A stretch of 64,000 nucleotides of DNA from Stylophora pistillata (Eukaryota): NCBI RefSeq assembly GCF_002571385.2, contig NW_019217901.1, forward strand, positions 253,091 to 317,090, given 5' to 3'. This document shows positions 24,370-38,200 of this stretch, in pieces. The stretch's first letter is position 1. Every line of letters begins with the position of its first letter. The notes under the pieces are model-generated. The model made no database searches. It worked only from the letters and a program-made list of their open reading frames with translations, and was not told where the DNA came from. The translations under genes were made by a program, and so were the position numbers.

Positions 24370-24725
24370 AAGTTTAATGTCTTTACGTGGGGCATGGTTA
24401 CCCATATTGCCCGAGCCAGAGGCTCATGTATGAAACGCAAGACAACAACCCACCCATCCCACCCCAGGGGAGGACATCCATCACACAGTAACCTCGTGCG
24501 TGGGAAATTAACGTCTCCTACCCCCTCTGAAGGAGACGGGACCTCCATTTATTCGTCCCTATCCGAGAAGACTAGAATATCTAAACCATTTCTTGATGTT
24601 ATAGAAAGGCAGCATATTCTTCTCAATTATTTTAAGACCTTGAGTATTGGTCCGGCCGGGGCTCGAACCCTCGACCTCCCGCACATCAGTCCAGCGCTCT
24701 ATCCCATTGAGCAAACGGTGCTGTG
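24370..24725 (-). mobile_element. tRNA-derived SINE
   Basis: Minus-strand head with A/B-box-like gctcaatgggatagagcgc...gagggttcgagcccc; the body is homologous to 33430-33720. Confidence 0.7.
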
Positions 24726-26534
24726 GTTCAAAGCATGAAGCATTTTTGAAGCAGCCCCGTATATTGTGTACTGTTGTTTACTGAACAAGAATGCGGCGAA
24801 CAATGTTTTTTCTCCTCATTTCCTGTCATAAGTTCTCACTCCAAATAGCCCCAACTCAATATCTGAAACTTTTTGTAATTTTCCTGGGAGGTTCAATCTC
24901 TAGGGGGGTCAAATATATCCAGAAAGTTTTAATATGAATGGAAAATAACTACTGCAAGCAGAGAAATCGATTAAGAAAGACAAAAGCAGACGTTTTTGAT
25001 AGTAAACAATTGTAGTTATATTATTATAACTTATAGTTACCTAGACTGTAGCATATATTGAGAGTAGTGTTCTTTGACTCCTTTGAGTTACAAAGTAAAA
25101 TTATTTATGCATGAGTTATTGACCAATCAGAGCTTGCAAAGTATCACAGTTATTTCATAACTTGTTTCTATCACCTTTATCGAGGTAATTATGCATGATA
25201 CTGTAGCTCTACTTTTCAATCATGTCAGTAAATATACTGTGAGGAAATCCATTGTATATAATGTTCCAATATTTTGAGAACTTCCTAAAAATTCTAACTA
25301 ACACCAGAACAACATTTTCCATATTTGGCGTAACTGAATAATATTCAAAGTAATTAACCCAGAGATATAATTCGTGTTTAAAAGACACCGTAGAATATAA
25401 TAGATATAATATATCGATATAATAAACTTATCATAAACGTTTTAGATATATTTTTTTCCTCCACGAGGTGAATACATTACAAAGGCTTTGAAGTATGATG
25501 ACCAATTCTCCATGATTATTATTTTTTTTTTAATAAAAGTGAAGGTGTCAATTTCAAAAATGACTGAAACGATAAATTTATTTACAAATTTACTTTATAT
25601 TTTCTATGTAATGTTCTTTTTTTTTGGGAATCCAATATAATTGTATTCAGTTCTACAGAGCTTGGCTCAGCTTTTGTAAGGGACGATTAATCCAGAAACA
25701 TCATGAATTACCTTAATTTTGAACAATCGTCTGGCACCATAAAATTTTTTGGTTTTTGCCGTTTCCTTGAGAGCTGTTTACCGACTATTTTTGACACGAC
25801 TCGGTTGTTAAGTGGAATTCATGAAACGATTGTCTTTATGGTGGATCAAATGTTTCGTACACACGTGTGCAAGCTCTACTCATAATAGCAGTAGGAAACT
25901 TCAAAAAAATCACGACGACTACAGCTTGGGGAACGACAATTTGAAATCCACGGGCATTTTCCACAAGGATTTCGTGAATAGTAGTTAGCAGTGAGCACTG
26001 GTGTTAGGCATAGGACCCTCTCCTTAGTTGAACATGTGAAGACTGTTTTGAGTTCCAAATAAAAACAGGCACAATTGCTGTAGGGATTCCCATTCGTAGA
26101 GGCAAATAAAGTAAAATTTGTTAATTTGTCAGCTTGTAGGGGAAAGCTTACATGTGTACAGGGCTTTAAAAGCATAGCCATTGCTCTACATATCAAATAT
26201 TTTGTTTTTGCCGACTTTTTGGCTGATGTGGCCGCCGGGGTTTGCGTTGCATCGCTGATTTTTCCGGCGTAATTCGCGCCCGTCAGATATTATGGCCGTT
26301 TCAAGCATTGAGTCTTTGACTGAGTCGCTGGGCTATGAACCTCCAGAGAAACCTGTAAGAATTTTCCCCGATCAAGTAGACAACTACATTTAGGGATAAA
26401 ATATACAGGTTAAGCAAGTCTGGCTTCTCTATAATAATACGGCTCAAAAAAGTTTCCACCTAAACTAAGTAAACTATTTATCTATTTAGAAAGCGAAGTT
26501 TTTACTTCAAACCTCGCCCTCCGACAAGTCAGAC

Positions 26535-28622
26535 TTACAGCACAATAATTCGGTGATTGTCACTATCGGCAACAATGATATACCCACCTGGAGAAACGGC
26601 CACACCCTTGGGATAACATTTCTGGGCGAGGCCATTGAGTCCAGAGGCAAGAGTTGCCTTTAAGCTCCCATCCTCGTTAAAAACTTGAACCCGATGATTG
26701 TATTGATCGGATACAATCACGTGATTGTCCATGTCGAAGGCAATTCCCGTTGGATACCTAAGCATTGATTGACCATTTTCCCCTGCACCGATCGCCCTCA
26801 CAAAGTTCCCGTTTGAATCAAACACTTTGACAGCGTGGTTGTTGCTATCTGTGACAAATATTTCTCCTTTAGCGTCCATGATAGCGTGATAAGGGTGATC
26901 AAGCTGTCCATGCGCATTTCCATGGCAACCAAGTACGCGCAACAGGCTGCCGTCTTCCTTAAAAATTTGAACCCTGCTATTGCGCCGGTCGGTGACAATG
27001 ATTTCGTCATCATTGCCTAAGGAAACACCCCACGGCCGTTTGAACTTGCCTTGTGTCTCACCATAACTACCAAACTTGTTGATGAAGACGCCTTCCTTGG
27101 TGAATCTCTGGACGCGGTGATTGTCCTTATCACAAACAACAATGTTTCCATGTCTGTCGACAGCTAAATCTGTGGGGTGATTCAGTTGTCCGTTTTTGTC
27201 TCCTTGGTTTCCAAAGCTCTTGAGGAACTTTCCTTGAGGGTCGAAAATCTGCACACGATTATTTTGGCAATCAGCGACGAGGATTTTCCCTTCGCTATCG
27301 ACTGCCACGCCGCAAGGAAGCTTGAACTTTCCTTTAACTTCCCCCAGGCCTCCAACACATAAGGCTGGACGCGTTACGTTGTTGTAAATCCGGGGATTGG
27401 TAACCATAACCTTAAATGGGCTCCCTTTGATGGGTTGATGATGGATTGAGATTCCAACTTCGTGCTCGCCGTTAAGACTCGGAGTAAAACCGACTGTATA
27501 ACTTCCGTCGCCTCTATCTACGATTTCCGATCTAACAGTTGAGTTATTTGGACTTCGCACATCGATCGTTACGAGATCTCCACCGCACATTTTCGGCTGG
27601 TTGTCGAAACCTTTCGCCTTCACGACAAATTCTGCTGGTGTACCAACATGAGCCTTTAATAGTCCGTCACCATTCGCCGTGGATAAATCCGAGCATGTAT
27701 CGGAAACAACGACATAACCGAGAGCTTTCCGAGTAGTCGCGATTGAGTTTTCGTCGTGAAAAAAGTATATGTTCCTGTAATTCTTTGTACTGTAGTCTCT
27801 TCTAGTGTTTGAAATTTCATTCAACCTTCTTTTCAAGTGCTTTTGAATGACTAAAATTTCCAACTCATTGCCGATTTTCATGGCTCTCTCAGTAAACCGA
27901 CAGCTGCTAATTAAACGTTCAAGAATCAACTCAAAATGTTGTTTCTCTTTCCGCAGAGAGCTCTCCTTGGTTTTAAATGCGCTGTTGAGTTCATTCAACA
28001 ATTTTTCTTCCTGTTGTCGTAAAGACGCAATTAAAATCTGCGTATGCTCCTGAACAGCTTTTTCCATACTCGTCCGTTCTTCTTGAAGTTTAAACAACAA
28101 GTTCTTTATTTCGTTTAAAGATTTTCGCGTGTTCTCCATTTGGGTTTTTCCCTGTCCTAGTAGGCTTGCCATACTGTGTTTTTGCTTATGATAAACGTCT
28201 CGAAGATAAGAAAATCTGTGTTTTCTGTGCTCCATGACTGTACAGTCCAAGCAAATGGGCTCATCACACGTTTCACAGAAGTACTTTAGTTTCTCTTTTT
28301 GATGATCAGGACAGCTTCCCAACATGCTCGTTACTTCAGGTTGTTCTTCTGGTATATCCTCAAGGAACTGATCTTGGATGTGATAAATCGCATGGTCCTT
28401 TGAATGTTTGTGGAACTTGCGATGATGATTGTGGTGAACGGGGGTTGAGCGGAGACACTTCGAGTTTGTTGTGTTGATCGTTACAATTTCAGCAAAATAG
28501 CCATTCAATAGCGCCGCAGGCGTTTGGGATATCTTGTCTGGAAGAAACGAGTTCATCATACAGTTGTAAAACCTTCGTTTTAGAATCTCGTCGTTTAAAT
28601 CACACAGTTTGCTTTGATCCAT
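26535..28622 (-). CDS. TRIM-NHL family protein (B-box, coiled coil, filamin repeat, NHL repeats; TRIM2/3/71-like, no RING in the ORF)
   Basis: 695-aa uninterrupted ORF: B-box CPDHQKEKLKYFCETCDEPICLDCTVMEHRKH, coiled coil, filamin repeat (DRGDGSYTVGFTP...PIKGSPF) and six NHL repeats (PCGVAVD...VADCQNNRVQIF). Confidence 0.93.
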   Translation of the reverse strand: MDQSKLCDLNDEILKRRFYNCMMNSFLPDKISQTPAALLNGYFAEIVTINTTNSKCLRSTPVHHNHHRKFHKHSKDHAIYHIQDQFLEDIPEEQPEVTSMLGSCPDHQKEKLKYFCETCDEPICLDCTVMEHRKHRFSYLRDVYHKQKHSMASLLGQGKTQMENTRKSLNEIKNLLFKLQEERTSMEKAVQEHTQILIASLRQQEEKLLNELNSAFKTKESSLRKEKQHFELILERLISSCRFTERAMKIGNELEILVIQKHLKRRLNEISNTRRDYSTKNYRNIYFFHDENSIATTRKALGYVVVSDTCSDLSTANGDGLLKAHVGTPAEFVVKAKGFDNQPKMCGGDLVTIDVRSPNNSTVRSEIVDRGDGSYTVGFTPSLNGEHEVGISIHHQPIKGSPFKVMVTNPRIYNNVTRPALCVGGLGEVKGKFKLPCGVAVDSEGKILVADCQNNRVQIFDPQGKFLKSFGNQGDKNGQLNHPTDLAVDRHGNIVVCDKDNHRVQRFTKEGVFINKFGSYGETQGKFKRPWGVSLGNDDEIIVTDRRNSRVQIFKEDGSLLRVLGCHGNAHGQLDHPYHAIMDAKGEIFVTDSNNHAVKVFDSNGNFVRAIGAGENGQSMLRYPTGIAFDMDNHVIVSDQYNHRVQVFNEDGSLKATLASGLNGLAQKCYPKGVAVSPGGYIIVADSDNHRIIVL

Positions 28623-31600
28623 GTTTCCTTATACAATTCAAGATTTGAATCGTGCAACCACATGCAGATGAATTTGAAAGTCGGTTAGAAAGCACTTGAG
28701 AACAAATGTTGGAACCAACGTTGTTTACGAAGCTAAAATAAGCACTAAATCTTGGCGGGGGAGTTTAAACAAGGAAGTCTCTTTTGATATTTTCCCGTCG
28801 CTAACCAAAGGCTTGACCGCAGATAGCGAGCGCTTCAATAAAATTCCTTTTTCATTTAGCGAAACGTGGCAGAAATTCACTCCTGGAAAGTACAAAGGTA
28901 AGTAAAATTAATCTTGTGTTAAAAATGCAAATACTGCAAAGGAAAGGATAACACAGATTACAAAACAAAAACTTCGTTGACACAAGCCAATAAAATACCT
29001 CAAAAACTGTCAAAATCGTGTCAAAAGTGACTTAGCCACACGGGATTTGTTTGGACTACATGACAACACCGAACATTTGAATCCGAAAAGCTAACATCGG
29101 TCGGTCATTAATGCAAATTTAAAATTCGCAAGAAGGAATTAAAGTTTCTCTGGTTTTCTATTATGACCAGCATCCCATCTGCTGATTTTTCAGGCGTACT
29201 TTCGTCTTTTCACGAAAGGATTTTTCTTTACAATCTAGATTACATAGATCATTTGTCATGGGGACGCTAGACGAAGTAACAATGGGAAAACGCACTGATT
29301 GGTTCTCAGTAAATAAGGTACAAATTCTCTTTTGTCCCCGCACGGTAAAACAAATTAAGCGAGTGGCTTAAGAATAATTTGGGAAAAATGAGTTCTTTAA
29401 ATGTCGGTTCGTTTCTCTGGCCTTGCCCGCTAATGCAAGAAATTAACCTGTGCATGAGAAGTAAGTGTATTTACTTCCTAAAGTAATTTGTCAACTGAGT
29501 AATTAAAAATGCGCTAATGCTTCTTTTACTGTCAATCAAGGCTTATAATCTGCAACAATAGCAAGCTTCTATATCTCATTAAACCAGACAGGAGGTCTTT
29601 AGCTCTCTTAAAAAGAAAACTGGACAAGAATTATTTGATGATAATGTCTTTGCGAGTTTGAAATTATTCAGCGTAGTTCTTGCTTCCGGTGAATAAATCT
29701 CTTGTTTATTGAAAAGTACTTGGCACAAGGCTATACAAGGGTTGCTAATCCAGCATGATTCAAGGCAAGTATTTGATCGTCCATCGGTCCTTCGCTGGTC
29801 CGTTTGGCTGCTTATTGTGGTTTTATGTTACACTCAAAATGCTGACAGTGTACTATGTCTGAAGCTGCCAAACTCGCGAACGTGCTCCAAGTATGTCCTT
29901 GTTAAGAACTAAACCCTCTTTTCTAATTGAAAAGAAGATTGTGCGACAAACAAAACTAGTTCATAATAGAGAAATTAATTTCAGAAATAATCCAAGTCTC
30001 TAATCTGTGTTTTCTTACGAACTGCGTTTCAATCAAATTCAGTGCGCGGTACGGTCGATGACAAAATATTTACTCATCGCCCCCTTAGCGAATACCAAAA
30101 TCGCTAAATATAGATGTGTATTTACTTGTGAGTTCGTCAAAAACTACCTGCTTATGGTTGCTCATTATTGTTTGATGATTCGATAACTCACTGACTGAAT
30201 AGTTGCAAATTAAGATAGGTTTTGAATTTGATTTAATTCAATCTGACTTCCTTTTCGTGTGTCTTGACGAGACAACCCGAAACTGAAATTTCACAAACAC
30301 TTGATGTTCTCAACTGTACAACTCAAGTAAGAGCGTTAAGTGGAGGCAGACGATCCTTTATTTTACACACTAAATTTGGCTTTGAAAAGGCAGTAGGGCT
30401 TGTCAAACCACTTATATTGTAGTTTAAGACATTAGCACCTGTAACTTGGGATTTCATGCCCAGCTGTGGTCATAAAACACTCTTTAAACCTGTCTAAAGG
30501 TGCTAACTTAATGCACTTCCTAATGCTTACATAAGTTCAGGTGATTTCGCAATATCTAAAACTCGGATAGAACTAAATGCTTCAGTAATAAACTTCCTTT
30601 AAATCCTATAATAAGTGTGGATTGAACCGGCTAATGCCGAAAAAAACTAATTTCAACCGAGGAAAATAGGCACTCTGGGTACTGATGTAAACGAGAGCGG
30701 CGTGTTCAAAAGCGGATATCCTTGCAAGAATGGCGCTATTGTTAAATTATCCACAAGATTTCCTTGACAATGAAAATGAAATGGAAGTGATGGCCAAGTT
30801 ACTCTAATATAGTTTCTTTTCTTGATGATATATGGAAGAAGAGCGAGTCATTGTAGCATATTTTCCGACATATTTTCCCAGGAAAGTTTTCGAGTCTTCC
30901 CGCGAAGCTGACGCGCTACGCCCCTTGTTTATTATTAATCGGCTTAGATAAAACAACATCGCAAAGGTTGGTTTTAATCTGTAAATGCATTTACAGTAAC
31001 AGAAGAGAATTTTTTGGCTCGTAAACTCAATTAGAGTTTTCCTAACGTATTGAACCAGTACGATGTTTGCTTTTAATTTCGTTTGAGTTTTTGGGGTGCA
31101 AATCCTAGCAAGTCGTATTCTGCCTCTAAACTGAATTGTTCGTTGCCAAGGTGTTTATCACATGTTTGTGAAATTAAGTTTTTTTTTGGCGCAATTAAAT
31201 CACAACTTAATGAAAATCACGTTGCTTCATTACTATATTGCACTTACCAAGGCCCTCGGGGGTACTTCAAATGAAGACCGCAACTGAATTTGTTCTGAAT
31301 TGTTTAACTTGTTGGTAGACTTTGCTAGACAACCGACACTTCACTGAAGCGAGTCGCTCCGCGTATGAGTCGTTCGAGCAACGTTCTTGTTTTTTTATCA
31401 TCTACTCCGCCGTGTTTTCGATAAACTGGCGACCAAATATCAGCTCTAGCTGACAAACAATAGCTAAGCTGCTCTTTTAATATTTTCTACACGTGTGTTT
31501 CGGTACGTTTTTGTTTTTCAAACGAGTAGCTTGAAATGCTTTTGTTATAGAAATCCGTGCCTATGACGTATTGTTTGTGGTTGTCTGTAAACTTGTGTTA

Positions 31601-33038
31601 AGCATGGTAATCCCTTCATTCTATTGAGACATGAATCACATAGCGTCATAGCAACTGCGAAAATAGCCCTTTGATTTATGAATGGGCATTTTGATTGCTG
31701 TATTTCGTTCGTAACGTGATGTTGAAACTTTTACCAATACTTTTTGAACAATAGTTTTTTTTTTGCCGTAATGAAATGGTTCTACAATTAATTTCTCGTC
31801 ATAATTCCTGACTCATATCGATTAAACAAACTATGCTTCCCTGTCAAACCTCCATTTCCTTAACCTTTATTAAGCATTCTGATTTAAAACTTCCTTTAAG
31901 CGCCAGCTAGTATAAATCTGTCGATGAACTCACTAGTGTCGGTGAGATTCCCTGCTACGACATCTCGTTACTTCTGAACACGCAACGACTTGAGGTGCAT
32001 TGATAAGGGGAGAAATCGCTCCCTTAACATCAACCTTGTATATCACATAAATAATGCTAATTTCCGATTAATTTAATCATTTTAATAAGTAAAAATAAGA
32101 TCATCTCACATGTAGGAAAGAAGTTGTCTACACTCTTGTTTTGTCAAACTTGATCCAAAACAAGAAATACTGATATACCGTATTTCTTATTGCCTCTAGA
32201 AAATTAATAAATTCGAACTTAGGTTGTTAGACTTCTCTCGCTGACCATGTTGATGAACGTGCCCCACTTCAGTAAAGTAAATTGGCCACCGTAAAGAGTT
32301 TCCGCTTCCCAAAAGTTGATGCAAATCTGGCAAAAGCTTCCCTGAGTTACTACGTGACAATTCGTTGCATGTCAATCTTTCAATGTAAATTATTACTATT
32401 TGTCATCTTCCAATAATCTTCTTCGTCCGTGATTGCCTTTTCGTTTATCTAAAGGCTCTTTCTTGTCAATTTGTGATGTTTATCAAACTTCTCATAATTT
32501 GATTTTTTGTAGCAGGTTTATCATTATAATTTTAAAAAAAAAATCTGCCTTGCAACCAAAAGGAAGGGAGTTGGAAAAATATCCTAAAAATTACCTTCTT
32601 GACATCGGGTCATGCCTTTACTGTGGTAAGCTTCATGTCAAGAACTTTAATAGTCTATTGGGAGGCGCCGCCTTTAGGCTGAAGTTAACGCAAATTAAAT
32701 TCGCCATAAAGCCATACTTACACTGGTGACTTTTCCTTGATAATATTACAAAAAACCTGCTCACGGTACACATGAGCAAAGGAGACGGTGTCTCAAAGAA
32801 AAGCAAAGCGACTCTCACACACAACACGGCCGAGTCAAACGTCGGACGAGTGCAAGGGGATCAATTTGAGCCGACTGCGGGCGCGCCACACGTACAGCGG
32901 CAAGTTTTAGACAGTCTCCAAGTGAACAAACATGCAGTGCGAAAAGAGTGCAAGTTTCCAAAGAAACTGTGGTGCTGTGTCGGTGGGGGCTATCATAAGA
33001 TAATTTGGTTTGGTAAACTGCGTTGATAAGGATTATAA

Positions 33039-33170
33039 AGCTAACGTTTCGAGGATTAGCTCTCCATCATTTTGCTCTGACGTAGGGCTACGCTCGAAAC
33101 GCCAGTTTTAGAAACTCTGCGGTGGCCAAGGCGCGTTATCAACTCATTTGATAAAACCAAATTATCCTGT
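33039..33170. mobile_element. Head-to-head Penelope-like terminal-repeat pair with hammerhead-like motifs
   Basis: agctaacgtttcgaggattagctct..tca is inverted relative to ctgacgtagggctacgctcgaaacgccagt; the tail is homologous to 100-165. Confidence 0.6.
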
Positions 33171-33429
33171 AACCTGCAGTGCAGATTAACGATATGTCAG
33201 CAAGCAATGAAATCCTGGTTGAACTGACAGCACTACAGTTAGATATCTGTGAGATCTTATTCGATCATGGCAGCCTCACTGACTTGACATAAGTCAAAAA
33301 TATCAAACTGACGTATTAAATTCCCTAGCTGTTGTGAGATGCATCGACTAAACTCCACTCGACAAGATTTCGTTGGAATCAAAACGATTGCATTTGTAAT
33401 TAATTGCATACCGCTTTTTACCGCTTTTT

Positions 33430-33720
33430 ATTGCTTTACGTCGTAGAGCGGAGGACTTTCGTGCGGGAGGTCGCCTTGGGTTCAAGTCCTAGATCGGACT
33501 AACACTCAAAATAACTGACGGGAATGTACCTACTTTGCTATGACATCCGCAAATGGTTAGATATTCTAATCTTTTGGATAAGGCTGTTAACCGTAAATTC
33601 CGTCTCCTGCATCCTCTCTGTACTGTTTAGCTGGGGACATTAAAAACCCACTCACTTCTCGCAAAGAGTAGGGGAAGTAACTCCCGGCGTTGTGGTCTGG
33701 CTTTTTTATTCATTTTACAG
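33430..33720 (+). mobile_element. tRNA-derived SINE (Deu/Nin-domain-like body)
   Basis: gtagagcgg...gggttcaagtcc head; body gcaaatggttagatattcta...ggggacattaaaaacccac; homologous to 24370-24725. Confidence 0.65.
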
Positions 33721-34581
33721 GCCCCCATAAACTAGCTTTGAACTGATCCGGGCCAGCCTTTCTAAAAATCGTAAATAAAGAATAAATGCATGCCCCTCTC
33801 TGCTAGCCTTTTTTTTTTTTTTTGTTCCTTTCCCCTCTTTTATAGAAATGTTGGGAAAATATCGGTGATAATCAGTACTATATTCCGCGTGCGATGGTCT
33901 AGCTTAAGGTTTCTTGAAAAACCCGTGAAATCTATCTAGAGCGGTATATTAAGACAAAATAGTACTCGACTTAGACATATTAAACCGAATATAAAATTCC
34001 GCAAGACGCACTTCTCCGTTGTAGGGGGTTTCTTTATCATGAGATGTTGTCAACTGGTATTTCAACTGACTTGCAGTACCATCTATAGCTTCACTTTAAT
34101 CAATTTTGGCTTTTAGACATATTTTGTACTTTTAGTGTAATTCGCTAGTCTGTTAAGACTCTATAGACTTCTCCTGAAATTTCAAGAGCAGTCGAATTAC
34201 ATGGCCACTGCTTAGGAAAAACAAGAAACTCCGAGCTTTACTTCAAAAGGAAAAAGGGAAGCTAGACATCTAGCCTTGGCGCAAGCTAAAATAAATGATT
34301 CTATCTATTTATCTTTGTACCAAATTGACCATGCTAGTGCTTTTGCTCCCCTGTACTAAAACGAGAAGTCTATTTGAGATACAGAACCGCAACCGTTATT
34401 ATCGCTGTTTCGCAAACTTTCATGTTCCGCAAAATTGCCAGCAGTCAAACTACTTCAAGGCGTTCTATCAGTTTTCAGTTTCAACGACGATGTTCGTGCT
34501 ATATCACACGTGCTGTAAATGTCACCGTCACATTAAAACTTCTGATAAAAAAGCAACAATTGTTCGATATTACTCCTTTCT

Positions 34582-35247
34582 TTACACGCGACCACTAAGT
34601 TTGTTTTTCGACGATTTTGGTTGAGCGATCCTAAAGTCTTGACCAACCCAAGTGCCAGAAGATTGTAGAGAAATTCTTTCGGTGCAAGTTAAGTCACTTT
34701 CAGCTTCAAAAGACCCTTCAAGAGAAACGAACCCTGCGCCGCGGACTTTGGAGGACCCCTCTCTTTTCTCCATTTGACGCGCGCGTTCGTCGAAACAGAG
34801 CCGGCGCAATTTATTCCAGTGTGATCTGATTAGGCAAGCAACAGCCATTCGTAGAATGTCACTAAATATTACAACCAAAGCGATAAGTGGAACGCTAAGG
34901 GCATTCTCTTTCTCTTTTGGAGGTTTTTCACAAGGCAACGAAGTGGATATACACTTTCCTTTACAGCAGTATTCTTCGAGGCTCCCTGGCGAGCCACAGT
35001 GTTCATTACGGGAACATGATATGTTGCAGGATCGCCGACAGTAACCGCTACAACAGTAGAGGTAGTCCCCGAGGCAATCTCGATAGCTCTCGCATTCTCG
35101 ACTTTCGGAAACTCCCAGAAACCCCCAAAAAGTGACGATTGAAAACACAACGACAGTAATTCTGGGCAGTCCAAAGACTGTTTGTGACAATCTGTTTTTG
35201 CATGGTGGCTTGTGAAGTCGAATCCATACATGAAAGTAACCGGCCAT
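34582..35247 (-). CDS. Cys-rich single-pass membrane protein (Shisa/CYYR1/VOPP1-like architecture)
   Basis: 221-aa ORF: hydrophobic leader, two Cys-rich modules (CESYRDCLGDYLYCCSGYC; CSRNEHC...YCCKGKC), a TM-like segment and a cytoplasmic tail. Confidence 0.6.
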   Translation of the reverse strand: MAGYFHVWIRLHKPPCKNRLSQTVFGLPRITVVVFSIVTFWGFLGVSESRECESYRDCLGDYLYCCSGYCRRSCNISCSRNEHCGSPGSLEEYCCKGKCISTSLPCEKPPKEKENALSVPLIALVVIFSDILRMAVACLIRSHWNKLRRLCFDERARQMEKREGSSKVRGAGFVSLEGSFEAESDLTCTERISLQSSGTWVGQDFRIAQPKSSKNKLSGRV

Positions 35248-38200
35248 AGCTGATCCTTAGGGCTTTCCGCCGTGGTTTCTCCTCTACTTTGTGCTAAGGA
35301 AAATTCCAGTTTTGAACATGCAGTATTTTCAACATGAAGGTTTTAAATTTGTAGAACTATATCGAAGTTACGTACGAAGTTTTTCTTAGATAAATACACC
35401 GAATTGCTAAATTTCTTCATTCAGTGATTGCGCCTGGATTCGTGGAGAAATTTTATCTGAGATTCTCTCACAAGCAAAGCTACTTACATGCAGCGTCGCA
35501 CCGACTTGACTCGATACAGCTGTGCCGTTTCCATATTTAAAGCCCAAATTTCACGGTTGAATATCGCTTCAGGCTGCCGAACCGGAAAAACAAATCAAGC
35601 ACTTACCTCTGAATTATAGATGGTCTTATTTGAATTACAATAGGAGAGGAAACCTCACATTAATTCTATCTTATTATTTTAGTCACTTTAATATCTGTAT
35701 GGTGATGTGTTTGTACGTTCTTCGTATATTTTGACCAATAAATTTTTCATGTGCACATGCAAAAGTTCCTAAATGACCACCCAAGGAATGATTTCGATGA
35801 AAGTCTTCGTTCGGCACGGCGATAAAAGATTTATTTGTTGTAACTCAATGTTCAATAATTGTTTTTGTAATACAAGGTTTGAATACACCTTTATGCACTT
35901 GTTCTTTCAAAATATAAAAACATACCTCCCACATTTGCTAGAATGATTCATTTACGGACAAAGATTTTCCCTTCAGCTGTTAAAACAAGATACCACGGTC
36001 CGCGAGCACCGGGTAACCGGCTATCAATTTGATACTGCTTTTGGCAGACTTATCAGCAAAATACAACTGTATTCTATCAGGTAGTTTAGACGTTTTGACC
36101 TGACTTAACAATTTCTAAAAAACCATCGGAAGGTTTGTCACTCACAGAAGGCGAATCCATGTCACCATTAAGATAATGGAAAATCTTTTACTTTGGTAGA
36201 ATAAAATTTTAGCATTCTTATCAGCTCTGGACACTTTTTCTTGACAGCAATTTCCTTCGAGCCATTACTGTTAATCAACCCAAGTTTATGAGAAACTTCA
36301 ATTTGTTCGCCTCGCAGTTTTTTCTTCCGCGAAGTAACTTGCAATAAATAAAGATTCTAAAATTAATTTTTTTGTTGACAAATGTATTTGATTTGTGGCT
36401 GAGAATGTATGAAAATATTGACAAATGCTTTCATTCAAAGTGAATTAAATATTTGTTTTTCGTTTCTTCTTCAGGGCAGTATTGGCCGTTGTTTCATTTC
36501 CCTCTACACAAAAAGGTACAAATTATCTGTTAGTAAAATCTTGCTTAGAGGAAAGTGAAGCCATCAAAGTGGTAATTAAACATGTTTATCACGTTCGAAG
36601 CAATTTTGCACTCAAAAACTACTTTTTAATCGGTCTTTATTATCTCTATCGAAAGATCAATGTTATTCGTTGACATGAAATTCAATTCGGCCACTAAATT
36701 TGCAATATCGTATTCAGTTGAAAATTGCGAGGGCATCCTTGTGAAAAGCAAATCAAATCGAATAAACGGAATTTTTGGTAGGATTTTGCTTTTTCCATTC
36801 GAATGAAAACTTTTCTTGAGAGCCAAATCCTCCTTTGTGAAAATAGGGATTTTAAAAGTGTAATGCCAGTTTGTATGTACGTCTGACCATAATCACCGCG
36901 AGGATAGACAAGATACCGCCCTGCTGGTACCTAATCAAGGCTAAAATCAGATCCATAAATATAGCATGGTTTTTCGAATCTTTGATCTTAATTATTATAT
37001 TTTTTCATGTAACTCTTTTTGCTGTTTAGTCATTTTTGAATCAATAAATAGTGGTAGTAAAACCGTAGCGCAACTGGTCATGAAATATTTGATGAAGTAT
37101 TTCACATTTTCACGATCCTTCTGTTAAAAAAAAAAGAGTATACTTAAAGAAGCAGCACTGTGAGAAAGAAGATTGCTGTTATAGATATCATGGGCATTAA
37201 CTTCCTCCCGTAGCCCTTTCCGGGCCCTTGGTGATGTGATACACTAGAAGTCAGAGTATCTTGTCAACATCTCTAAATAGGCTTTTGTGACCTGCCGCTG
37301 GTATTTTCAATTATAATTACAATGGCCTTTAAAGCTAATGGAATAGACCCCTGAGAATTCATCTCTGCAATCGCTGTGTTTTTGAAAAAAAGATTCCTTA
37401 ATTGATCATTGATTGATTGTAAAACTTAGACAAACTAATCTACTAGTTTGCAAAACCGGAAAATTAGGCCCATCCGGCTTTTGATCAAATATTGTCTCGA
37501 AAAGCCTTACGCTTACAAACTGGTTCCAGGTTTTTTTTTTTTTTAAATCAGGCAAGTCGTCTGAGTGAGCTCACAATACTTCAACGAGTGTTCGACTACT
37601 CGTAAGCAATATCTCTTCAGAATTGTACGTTTAAGTTCTGTTTCAAAAAAAGTAATGAGTTTGTGAAACATTTGCCTTTATTCCTGTTAGCTGGACACTT
37701 TTACTCTCTATGCAGTTCTTCTTAACAGAAATTTTTTTTTCAGTCAATGCTTCCTAAAAAAAGCTTTATCCAGTCTTTAAAGTTTGATTTAATGTGGTCA
37801 TTGTATTTCGCTATCCCCTTGGACTTAAGCTCAGGTCTTTGACTTCATTTAACAGATGCGTGTTCCCTGACAAGAAATACTCATCGGAAACTTCTACTTT
37901 TCTTGTGATTTTGTCAGGGAAGAAGATTGATTTGTTAAGTTTGTCAGTAGACCGTGAAGTCCCTGGTTTTCGGCGAAAGCCGTCGCGCGAGTGAAACTGA
38001 GAAAACAGTTGATGCTTGCGTGCCGCGCGGAGCCCTGGGAGCGAGGCGCACCATGAATTTTTTTTGTTTCAGTGAACTCTAATTTTGACTCGCATAACGG
38101 ACTTGGCCGCAAAGGAAGGTTTGCTGTTAGTCTACAGAGGATGTATTGGTGTAGTGTATCTAAGAGCAAAACAATTTTAAACCCTGACAAATGCTTCATA

